From: Amoebophrya sp. A120
Lineage: Eukaryota > Protista > Dinoflagellata
Assembly: GCA_905178155.1 (NCBI GenBank)
Contig: CAJINV010000003.1
Span: forward strand, 455,091-519,090
Reading direction: 5' to 3'
DNA length: 64,000 nucleotides
The notes below the pieces were generated by a model, which worked only from the letters and a program-made list of their open reading frames with translations, searched no databases and was not told the origin of the DNA. Position 1 is the first letter of the stretch; every line of letters starts with the position of its first letter. This document shows positions 13,101 through 24,900 of the stretch, one piece after another. The translations under genes and the position numbers were made by a program.

Positions 13101-14833
13101 CGGTGCCAATCGGGGGAGGTACGGACAGCAGCTTCAGCTTCCGATTTCGAAAAAAATTGACGAATCTTGAATCGAAAGTGAACTAAGCCAGATGTTGTGG
13201 TGAAAAACCAGGTAGAAAAATCCAGATAAATTCATTGTTTCCAAAAGCAAAAGAATAAAACTCAAATAAACTAGTGCTTCAGATGAACTTGTAGCAGTCT
13301 TATTTCAACAAGAAAGGTTCCAACCTACACCAGGTATTGATTCATTGATTCGTATCTGTCGATGAGCTACGTTTTTGACGTTTTTTATACTTGTGAGAAA
13401 GTTATTTCTGTTTCGACGATGAACTTGATAGCCTAGTCGACTAATTTCGTCACGGTCGCAAAACAAAAACTCCCAAAGTTGGCGCCCTCCAAGGAATCTT
13501 TTAAAGTGCCCAAGGTACACCGACGTCTGCTTTGTATGGATTTTTTGTATTGCAACTGCAAACTCTCCTTCTGCGTGAACTAGTGAGATCGATGTCTAGC
13601 GGTAGCGCTCTTTCTAGTAAAGAAATTTTGACGTTTCCAAGAAGAACAAACAACTACTCCAGGGACGATGGTGTTGATTTTTTAGAACTACTTTGACACA
13701 AAATGAATGAGATACGAACGTCTAATACCGCGTCCGTCGTGGTGTGCTGACAGTTCGTATTTCCAACCCGAAAATTATTGACTTGGACTTACTCTTTCAC
13801 TTTGAGTTCCCTTTAAAACTTGATATTTGTCGATTTGAGCTTTTCTTTTCTCAACAGCGCACGCAGTGAATTGTACGCCTTCGTGGAGCACCAAATATCC
13901 AATGAAAAGCCGCAGATCTTCCAGATACAGGTCGGTGTAGATGAAGTTAGTACTACAGCTCCTGGATTTTTATTCAGGTGGTACAAAGAAGTGAGTAGCG
14001 CGAATTAGTACGACCGAAAGACTCCCTCCTCGTTACTGCTCCTGTAGTTCTGGTGAGCTTCTGTAAATTTAACGATATCAACATTATGAATATCTGCCAC
14101 TTGTTGGTGATTTGTAGTGTCGGTTCCGAGAAGTACAACTAATACCAGGCGCTAAATTCAAAGTAGACCACGAGGAGCCTGCTCTACCGAATTGGGCGGA
14201 AATAAGTATTTTTAGCAAAAAGTAAAATTTCTATGGGTATGTCTTGTTTCTCGAGCTACGTTTATGGTCGAACATTCTCGACTTCGTCGACTTCATCGAA
14301 ACAGCCTTTTTCGAATTCTATAGCTTTTATGGGTGCAAAGGAGATGTACTGCGGTACCTAGCGGTGTTCGCAAGAGCAAGACAATGCATCGGTGCTCCAT
14401 TTGAAAGTGAAACTAACCTGAAGAACACAGCCACGCATATAAAGTCGGTACGTCCATCAAGCAAGTGTTTTGAAATGAATAAAGCTGAGAGAAAACAGAA
14501 CAAGTAGGGCCTCCACAACGTACGTACACAAAAGGGCCATCACGTACGACGAGTTGCCCCTCCTGTCGTCCATCCTCGGTAGTTTTCGTTCTGTATGTAG
14601 TGGGAACACAGCGAGTGAAAGAGAAAACGGCGCTGCTACTCACATACTGGAAGAGACGAACTCAAAAATAGTGAGTGACGGAAAAAGCTAACTTGACCCA
14701 GACATTCAACAATTTATTTTTCCAGGAACTACAAGAGAGCCGTTCGGCCCCCCTTCCTCATCAATCATAAGACACACTTTTTGAAGAACGCAACTAACAT
14801 CCAGATCCAGCAAGCGTTTGCAAAAAAGCAACC

Positions 14834-15199
14834 ATGTTGGGCAAACCGGAAATGATCGAAATGGAGCAGAAGGCTCCGGCCGCTGACGTGGAGAACCAGC
14901 TGGCCGTCGCGGAGAAGCCGGCGGACCAGTGCTTCGTGAAGGAGTGGATGGCGGAGGGTGAGCACGCGATGGCCGAGGGAAAAAGCAGCAAGCCTTTGTG
15001 GTGCAAGATCCCCCTGTGGTTCATCGGGTCGATCCTGACCCTTGTCGGCTTGGCGGTCTCCCTCGTGTTCCTGGTGGTGTGGGTGCTGCTGATGCCCATC
15101 AAGTGCTGCATGCCCGGTGGTTCCATCGTCAGCATCCTGGAGTGCCTCATGAACCAGGGCGTCAAGCTGCCGCTCCGCATCGCCAAGTGTTTCTTCTAG
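14834..15199 (+). CDS. Small membrane protein (121 aa), TAXIMIN-like C-terminal domain
   Basis: Intronless ORF with strong GC3 bias against AT-richer flanks. A long hydrophobic segment is followed by CCMP and KLP..F. The resemblance to plant TAXIMIN rests on a remembered sequence only. Confidence 0.8.
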   Translation: MLGKPEMIEMEQKAPAADVENQLAVAEKPADQCFVKEWMAEGEHAMAEGKSSKPLWCKIPLWFIGSILTLVGLAVSLVFLVVWVLLMPIKCCMPGGSIVSILECLMNQGVKLPLRIAKCFF

Positions 15200-17068
15200 C
15201 ACGACTCGAAGATGAGCCGGGATGATGTTGGACACTAAGTACTACTCTTCTAGAAGTAGAGTGCTTATAAGTACGCGGGGACGAGAAGAGTACGAACGGA
15301 ATTTTGAAGTTTCAACTTTCTTGTGATACAACGAAGTTCTTGCCATTGATCTTGAGCGGTCACCAATCAAAGAAGTCCCTATTTGCGATTTTGATCGTTG
15401 CGACGAGATGCAGCAACTTGTGTGAATATACCCACTCCCACCATCCTGTCACCGCGTTTCAGTTCCATACCAATCGAATAAATCTCAGCATTACAACATC
15501 AGCCGGCTTGTTAGCAAGCAATGGGTTTTTCCTTCGCAAGCATATACGATATACGAATATGACCACTACATAAACAGCACTATGTGAGTATCATCTACAC
15601 TAACGTTTACTCTACACCGCACATCACGCTTTGGCCGAGCCTAAGCGCTCTGTTGTACCTGCGGCGAAGCCCGCAGGGTAGTGCTACCTGATATTGACGC
15701 GGTCCAAAATTTTTATTGGTAGTACTTACGGGGAAAAAAAATCAATGAACGGGTTTTCGTCCGTGTTGCTGCGTGCTTGTGCAACAAGCACTCTGGCTCT
15801 TTTCAGCATCACTATCCAGGATGTTGATGTTGATGTTCCGTTTTGATTTTTTCCTTACGGTGACACAATTTTTCGTCCAGTAGAATTTTTCTTTCTCGGA
15901 ACAGAATGGGGTCGTTCGTGAGAGCGTCACAACACGTATTTCTTCGAGAAAGTAGTCGTCTTCGAGTGATATAGACAGCTGCAGTCGCATGTTCTTGCTA
16001 AGTACGTTGAATGCAAATTCGTCTATTGTGTCTGGGGGACAAACTGCGTTGATGGGGAACTTTTCATTTATTCGTTTGGTGCTCATACAGATTTTCATTT
16101 TTCTGAAGACACCGAGTAGAAGACCAGGACATTACAGCTTTTTTTTGCAAAGGTAGAGAATAAAGGTAGACACTAAAAAGTATAGAAACGTAACAGATAT
16201 AGGCGGTAGTATCTTCGCTTGCGCTTGTGATCAAACCACATTTCGCGTACCTGCAACGCCGACCGACCTCCCTGATCATTTGCTGGTGATCTTCATCTTC
16301 TCTTCATCAGACCTACAGTTCCCAAGCCGCGAGAAACCGAGGACGGGCAAAGCAAACAGTATTTCGGAGTTTACGAGCGCGAGCCTTCAGCTTCATCACC
16401 CACTCGCACTCCAGGAGCAATCATCTTGCGATAGACCAGCTGCATCAATTTGTTTTTTCTCCCGTGGTGGAGTTGGCCTTCGCGGCGACCGAGTTGGTAC
16501 AGGAGTGCGTCTTCGAGCACCAAACTGACACACCGCGACCGGATAGGACTTCTACTACATCTTCATGATCCGCCCACCTTCACATTACCAATTACGCGCG
16601 AACACGGGCCAAGAGTGCAGCAGCTCGTCCTGATTTTTCGGCGAGTAATATACGAGGAAACGGAGCGGGAGCGTGAGCTAGTTGGGCTAGGCTAGTAAAG
16701 TGCCACGACATCTTCCGGATCCGCTTCTCTTCGTGCAGCTTTCGTCAAAAAAATACAACTGGCACCGTACCACATCACGATCACCACGTTTGAGAACGAA
16801 GCGCTCCACCGAAAGTATTGTGACTCTCAAGAACCTGTTCTTTAGTTTCTTCAGTAGCTTGCAACACCGGCGGTTCCGCCTAGTACCACGACATGTTTCT
16901 GCTGTAGTGTGTCGCTGCAGGAGAAAAAGCTACTTCCGAGCGTCAATAATACAACAAGCCTGCTGCACCTGTACGAGCTGACGTTGAAGCTTCGACGACA
17001 GCCATAATTACCAGCTGTACAACCACTTTTTGCAGCGTCCTCAGCACCCATTTCATCTGAGTAGAAGC

Positions 17069-18295
17069 ATGTCGCAGCAACTGGCCACGTTGGAGGAGCA
17101 CGCCGACCAGGTCGGCGGGGAGGCAGATGCGATCGATCAACTGCTGGGTAACCACGACGACGGCGCGCGGCTGCTGGATTTCGTGCGAAAAAAGTTCCGC
17201 AAGGTGCACCAGGAGAAACGGGACCTGGAGGACCGGGTAAAGGACCTGGAGCACTCGCTGGACATCATTCAAACGGCACAGGCCTGGTCGCTGGGGAACC
17301 AGATGTCCCACCAGCAGGCGCAGAAGGTCAAGGAGGTCACGTCGCTGCTCCTCCAGGCGAAAAAGGCACGCCAGGACGCGTTGGCCTTCAGCAAGGTGGG
17401 GAAGGGCGCGCTCTTTGAGAAGCTCCGAGTCTACAAAAACCAGCTGGAGAGGGAAAAAGCGGAAAAAAAGGAAATGCGGGAAAGATTGGTACGAAGATAA
17501 TTTTGATTTTTGTTCTGCAGAAAAGGAATCGAGAAGCGACATAATCGTAGTTAGTACTATGCTCCTCACACAGACACAGTTCTTGTACATTCTCTGCGTC
17601 GTGAAAATGTAGATGAATAATTTCAATTTATTATAAGGAACTTTCTTACTGTAAATTGCTAAAACATCAGGTACAAGCCTTCGATCACGCCAAGCTGATA
17701 AAGGAGAAGCACGCAAAGCTCGAAGAAAAGAGAAAAAAGGAACGGGAAATATGGCAGCAGATGATAAGGCAGGTGCGGGACAAGCACTACCGAGAATTCG
17801 ACAAACTCAAGAAGGGTATTGATTCAGCTTTGTGTTTGTTTTCGATTGAAAAATTTCGCTGTGCTGTCGTGTGGATGCGCAGACTGTTTTTTGCATGACG
17901 GCATATCGTGCACTTGCTTTGGAATGTAGTCATCAACCTTCATCATGCCGATGAAAAACCATAATCAACAGAACTCGGCGAGCATGACGTGCAGAAGCAA
18001 GAGAGGCTGCAGCAACTGGGCAACTTCGGTGAAAAAGTGATGGAGGAGCTTCAGAATCTGCAGGAGCACCTGAGCTACGTACTTCAACATACTTGTTACT
18101 ACTGTGATTCATTGTGCTTTCAGCATGCTGCATAATGAAGAACTCTTTCTCTTCATCTCATGGAGATATCAAAGAACTGCATCATTTATTTGAAACCGTA
18201 CTTCTTTACATCAGGTGAAAGCGGAAACCATAGAGAACGTGGAGGCTGCAGCGAAGTCCCCGGTTGCCGGCGACTTCTTTATCACGCAGGGTTAG
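17069..18295 (+). CDS. Coiled-coil protein (4 exons)
   Basis: GC3-rich exons at about 17069-17488, 17671-17815, 17972-18078 and 18214-18295 are joined by GT-AG introns. The E/K/Q/L heptad-like sequence ends ...VAGDFFITQG*. Confidence 0.75.
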
Positions 18296-19223
18296 GACGA
18301 CGGACCTGCGTCGTCCCATGACGAATGAAGGATGAAACCCCCCCGCGCAGGTTGTACTGCGGGAGAATGGAGCAAGAAGATGTTGTTGCACCCTGAGCTC
18401 ATATAATGAAACACTAACATTAACACGCTGCCGCTGTAAAATAGAAATTATGCAATCGAAAACGAAATATGAAGCAGCTACGATAAAATCCGATAACATC
18501 GAGATCGACGTAGTTCAGTTGCTTCTGGATTGGTAGAACCTGAACCAGAAGTTGTTTGTTTATTGAGAAATTCGTACGTGTGATGACGAACAAGCTATAG
18601 TAAAGCAAATTTCACCTGTCCGCGTGATTTAGATTGATATCGGTTCGTCCGTCTCGGTCACGGTCTCGGTCTCTCCCTCTCGTCGTAGTTCGTGCAACCG
18701 ATGCGTACTAATTGTGAAAGTAATTTTAAAAGTAAGAAGTGAAGTGTGCGTCATTTCTGTCGTTCGTCCTTTCGTCCGTCTCGTCCCGTCGCTCAAAAGT
18801 CGTCACTGCGCTGCAAGCTGCTTTCTTCCGTATTTTGATTTTCGGTTTTATTCTGTCTTCACCGTCTATAGATTTTCATTTCTTTTGAATTCGCGAACCT
18901 ACCGGAGCATGTTTGGTGCTTTTTTTTCACTTTGTTCTTTTTCAGAAAACAAACTACTGCAACAGAGCCGCACTTCGGTCAACCTCAACCCTTACTCTAA
19001 ACGAGACGCAGTTCTCTACTAGGAAGACAAAACTAGAACTCTCCCAACGACAAATCGCTATTTGTGCTTTTTAGAGTACTCTGACCTTCCCCCGTCTTGT
19101 AGTTCTTAGAGCAACTCTAAAAATCGACCAAGCCGCAGTTTTCATATTTTGAAGCGCGCCAACGAAACAAGTAGTAGACCAAGATCTACTAGATCGACAG
19201 AACCTGAACCTCCCTCACCGATC

Positions 19224-20085
19224 ATGTCCGCCACGAAAAATATGCTCGCCGCCGTTCTCGTCGGAATGGTCGGCCAGCAGGTGACCGAGGTCCGGGCTAC
19301 GCAGGTACTACAAGTAGACTGAGGAGGTGCGTCAAGCTCAAGGGAAAGGGTCGTTCTTCTTCTTACTCATTCACATTCACTTTACTCAAAATGAAGAGTA
19401 AGAAGAACAGCCCCCCCTGTAGTCGTGTCAAGAATAGCGACACCGTTCGATGTAAATGGCGACTTCCATTCTTTACTTCCAGAGTGCATTTTGTCGGTTC
19501 ATCGTTCCTTCGACTCGCGGTGCTACGCTGTCTGAGAAGATTCCCCATGATAAGGAATCCGATTAGTGCTGGGCTCGCTTGTTTGTAATTTTTCGAAAAG
19601 TTTCTTTTCCCTGTCGTCGTGTGTCTCAGAATTGCAAATGCGCAAGATCATGAATCTAACGCAAACAATCACGACAGGTGTTGATCTTGAATGAGCACAA
19701 GAAGAAGAAGACTGCGACCAACACGGCGAAGAAGGTGAAGGTTGCGGCGCAGGTTAAAACTGCGAAGGCGACGAAGCAACAAGTCACGGCCAAGGCTTCG
19801 AAGGAGGTCGAGGGCATTATTCCAGTTGGTGCCGGCGCGGGCTTGGAGGCAGTTGCACAAGCCGCCGGCAATGCTGCAAACGCTGGTGCTGACGTGATTA
19901 TTGCCGCCCTCAAATCAGACTACCAGTCGCATTGCTGTGGCTGCTGTCCTGCCGGCAAAATCACAAGCCCGGATGGTGCAGAAATGTCCTGCGCCGATGC
20001 CAAGTCTGCCTATGTCACTTCGCGCGCTGGCTTGGAGGCTGCGGGGGCCGACCTGAGCAAGTACCCCGCCGAACTGACGTGCTAG
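19224..20085 (+). CDS. Small secreted protein: signal peptide, Lys/Ala/Thr-rich segment, 6-Cys C-terminal domain
   Basis: Exon 1 19224-19304 (MSATKNMLAAVLVGMVGQQVTEVRATQ), GT-AG intron 19305-19677, exon 2 19678-20085 in phase 0. The C-terminal domain is CCGCC...C...C*. Confidence 0.7.
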
Positions 20086-21910
20086 GAGTGGAAAAAAAGC
20101 ACGGCTTGCGTCAGCGTTCTAGAAAAAATCGAGATCATGCTGCGACACAAAGCCGGAGTGCTGTATCTTGATCTTTTCCAAAGCATAAGACATTTCTTAG
20201 CCTACAGTCAATTTTCCCGATTGTTCAACAAAAAAACAAAAGACGCATCTCCAGCAGCACCTCCATTTTTGAAGGTACAGTTGTACATGTAGTACCAAAC
20301 AACAAAATAAAATTTGAAGTTTCACCAACAACAAGTATGCACTAGTAATTCTCGTTTTTTCATCTCAGCAGCAAGCGCCAGCACAGTGCAGCTACAAAGT
20401 TGCAGCACGGTGCTATGATCGAAACAAGCGACCCCATGATCACTATGAAGATTATATCCTGCGCCGGCGCTGTCGCTACCCACATTACAAGTACGCTCTC
20501 GCGCTCATACTCGCTTCAAATTCGGAAAAGCATATCCTGCTTCTGGTGCACCCCGAGAGCAGACTTTTAGACCCTCTCGCAAGGTTTCTTCTGTATATTG
20601 TTGTGAAGAGAGTATGTCTTGCTATTTTGATAATGGTGGACGTCGCGTTTTGATTTTAGAAGTTTTTTCTGCAGCATACCCTGCCGCAGCTAAAAGCTGA
20701 GCGACGCATGAATATTTATTTCATCTCGCATCATCATCGAGGAGTTGCAGTTGGAGTTCATGTGCATATAATTGTTTCCGCATCAACAGGCAAAGAAACG
20801 AAAACGTTCGCTCCTTCGAACAAGAAGCTCCAGTTCGTCCAGTCAGCAACTTGTTCGCGTCGCAAAAGGTGTAGAAAAGGCTGCTGTTCTTGACATTAAC
20901 AGCTCTCTACACGTGGCCACGAGCCAGATCTTCCAGTTTCTGTTCGTTTTTTGCGTCTTTTTGATGTATGGAGTATCGTGTTCTGGCTGTAGAGGAAGTA
21001 CCCGAGAGCAGTAAGTATGTTGTGACGTGACTACAACTGTAGAAGTAGTCCAGCTCGTCCTTGTGGTTTAGTATTTTCATTTCTATTTCTCGACGTGGCG
21101 CACGTCGCGACGCCACTTTGTGGAGGTTTTTCCTCACGTATTTTTCATCCACGAGGAAGGATATCTTCGGAGGACTCGAACGTTTAGACTTAGAACCTAG
21201 AACAGTCCGCTTGAGTTCTACTTGCTGACCGCGCTGTGCTTGTTAACCTTCGTAGTTCTGTGGAAACAGATAGATACTCTCAACCCTAGGGTTGGTCTAC
21301 TTGTTTTGATATCGGTTTTGTTTCATCAATATCGGTACGTGCCTCTAGGAACACTGGTCATTTGGATTGAGATTGATCATTTACTTTCTTGCTCGCGATC
21401 GTACAGCTCGTCTTCGTCCTACTTGTCCTCGTCCAGAGTTTGCCTTCGTTCATCAACCGTGCTGTCATTGACATGCCCAGCGTTGCTTCGGTCCGTACAG
21501 CTCCACGATCCTCTCGGTGGCTTCGGTGGTTCCATGATGGAAAAACAATACTTACAAAGTAAAAAACAAAAACTTTACTTAACTTACCTCGCCGTCATAC
21601 TTCCAGACACGCTTTTTTATGAGTACTTTATCGTGTTGGTGTTTCCTACGCGTCTTCACAGGACCAAAATTCGGGAAAGAAAATATATATATTACCCATG
21701 TTGTTGACTCGTTATTTGTGTGTGTCGCGATTTAGAAAGCCATACTGAACACGCCGTTAGTTCCCTACAAAGCGAACAAACCCGTTAGTTGCTATTACCC
21801 TACCCTAATACTTGTGTACCGGCTAGCTCGAGCGCCACCCGGTGCGTATTCAAGGAGTATCCCTCGTCCCGACGCGGCCCATGTGGGACCGCTGACATCC
21901 CAGCGGCTCG

Positions 21911-24900
21911 ATGGGCGGAGAAAAAAACGACCATGGAGCTGAGCGACCAGGACCACAGAGTAGAAGGAGCTCAGTGTTTGCGCTCCCGACACGGGGCGCG
22001 GACTGGGCTGCGACAAGGCGCTTGTCCATTGGGAAGATAATTACGTCACCAAAGTTGGGGGTGTCTTTGACGAATAGCCCAGCAGGCGCAGCATCTTCAG
22101 GGTCGTCGAAGAAGATTATACAGAAGAAGAAAGGAGACCCTATCTTCGGCGATTTCCCCCGGCGACCTGCGCTTCTTGTCCCACCTAGTGCCACGACGAC
22201 CCGTGGCACGGCGCCTGGACCGGCCGCAGCTCCCAGAGCTCTCTCGCCGTCATCTGTACTAGCGAGTGGATGTTCACGAAGTAAAATCAGCGTTGAGCTG
22301 GTGCTACCGCCGGATGGACTGCTTCGTGCCGCCGCGACGAACGCCGCCCACCATCGGGCCAAGGTGGATCGGGTGCTTGCGGAAGGCGAAGCACTAGAGG
22401 GGGAACACCCGCCTGTTGCTCCGTTGCACTTGATTTCTGAAGGCGAGGAGGATGAGGAAGAGGGCCAACATGATGAAGGCAAAAATGGAACAAGCATCAA
22501 CTCCGCTGTGGACAAACTGTTCGAGACTTTGAACAAGAAAACGGAGGTGCGCGCGGAACGAAGACGTCAAATAAGTCAGGCGCGGAGAGTGAGTCTGGTT
22601 GTCGATGACGGAGAGATTCGCGAAAAGTCTTTGGAAGCGACAGAGGTGGAGAAGCAGAAAAAAATCGAGGAACGGACAGGCATCAGCTACGAGTATGTCA
22701 CGGGTCTGGTCGACAAACTCTACCGCGCGAAGGAGCTTCGCGAGGAATCCGAGGCCGAACAACGCAGACATCGAGAAGCACGCGTCGGCCACGAAATCGG
22801 ACTTCCGGGCAGCAGGAGATCATCCACTTCGCCGTCTGGTGGTGGCAGCTCCCTTTCTCGCCCGCCTCCGGAATTGCGGAGAAGTCCGTCGGAAAGTACT
22901 AGTCGCAGACGAGCAGCATCATCTTCCAAGACGATCATACCTACTAGCACGACCTCTTCACCGGGAGCCAAAGCAGAGGACACCTTTGCGTTTGTCAGGT
23001 CCCTGTCGGGAAGAGAGGAGGTGGCGAATAAGGATGAAACCGAAGGTCGTCGTGAGGTACTAAACGACCACTACCCATCAGCTGCGGTAGAGGCCACTAC
23101 CGCAGCTGACGACAGGATCATAGGCACTACGACGGCCGAGTCCTCTGCCCCAAGTAGCGTCCAAAAGACTTCTTACCAAAGCAGGGGAGCTTCTACCTCC
23201 TACACAGAACAGAGACACGACGCCATTAGAAGACACGTAGAGGAGAACATGAATACCAGAGAACTCTATGCGGCTGCGTCTAAGGTCATTCATGAGAACG
23301 AGGGCGCGCACAAGGAGGATCGCCGGCGCAACGAGGAGGATTTTGCGAGGCTGCTGGAAAAGAACCCCCGACCTTCTGCGCCGCCCCCCAGCAACACACC
23401 GGCACAGCGCGACAATGGACGCGGCCGACGTTTGTCGCATAAGATACGGAAATCCGCAATAACAGCCGGCGACGACGAAAAAAATAAGAAGAGCAGGGCC
23501 AGTTTCCGCCTCAGCAACAAAAGTGACAAACATCCAGTAGTTCATGTGAGTGCCACAGGGGTGGACAGTAGGCAGGGGCGTTTCGCGGAAGGCGAACGTG
23601 CGGTTTCTGAGGTTGAACAACCGGAGCAGGTTGTAGAAGGCGGGGCAAAGAACTTAGGCGACGCACAGCCACGACGACCCCCGGATCATCCGAATGACAC
23701 TAAAAACAACAGAACTCGGTCGACGTACGCAGACAATAAAGAGGTCGAAATAAAATCAGCCCAACGAGTCACGAAGAACCCGGATCAATATGGCACCGAC
23801 GAGCACGAAGACTTCCTTGCCAACGCTGCCATGCGTGTTGCGAATAACCTGTACGCTGCCGGAGCAGCACCAGCCGGCGCTATACCTGAGGGCGAAGCGG
23901 TGGCTTATGGTGCTACTGCACACCATTTCACCTCGCGCGCCCTGGACTTCAACAAGATGTTCCGACAGCAACAGAAGCCCGTGGCGACAATCTTCGACCC
24001 GGGGTACGGAGCCGTGAAAGGTACCATGATGGGAAACGGAGCCGTGTACGGCGGAACGCAGTTGGCGCCACCCATCAGAGGTCAATCGATCCACCTCGGT
24101 GCGGACGGAAAGATACAGAGTGTCGGCCCGGCCGCCACGACGTCCATGCATTCACACACGGTCACCCCCGATGGCAAGGCGTACAATTTTCGCGCGGAGT
24201 ACGACTTCGCGCCGACGACAAGCACGAACGGCCGCGCGACCTCCTTCCAGACGATTTCGTCCGATCAGGTAGTTCATCGAGGCAGTATGGTGATGTCCTC
24301 GCAGTATGAGCGCGACTCTGCCGGTCTTGCGAATACCACGTTTGGGGGCGGGTACATACAATCCCGGACATCGGCGTCAATTGCCCCTCCGGGTACGTAC
24401 GGTGCGGGGGGCGGGATGTACAACGCAACTCGATCCCAAGCACGCCCAGCATCGGGGGTAGTTGTTCCAGCAATTCCAAACTTTTCCGCAGCAGCTGCAT
24501 CTTCGCAGGCCCGCCTTCATTCTTCGCGCTCGCAGACTCCAGATTTCTCCCAACTGTCGTCCTCGCGCAGCACGCAAAACACGCCGGCTTCTACTTCGAC
24601 CCGAGGTCGTCGTACGACAATGCAATTGCCATCGATGCAAACGACGTATCCGAACATACCCGACCTGGCGTCGAAGTCGCTGTATTCGGCTGTAGCTCGG
24701 GGAACGACGGGCGCCAGCACCCGCGGAGACGGCGCTTCGCGGCTTACGACGCAACACATAATTCAGACAACGCCGCTCTCAACGTCTTCCGCCGGCTCGT
24801 CTACTTCACGAAGTAGTCGCCGGGGTCGTTCTCACCGACGGAGACTACACCGACTCAGCGACCGCGGGATCGCTGACGAGGATCTCAGTAGCGATGACTC

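Noticed and set aside
15488-15496. Isolated copy of the introner 9-mer (GCATTACAA)
   Set aside because: I found no surrounding TIR or direct repeat, and one or two chance copies are expected in 64 kb.
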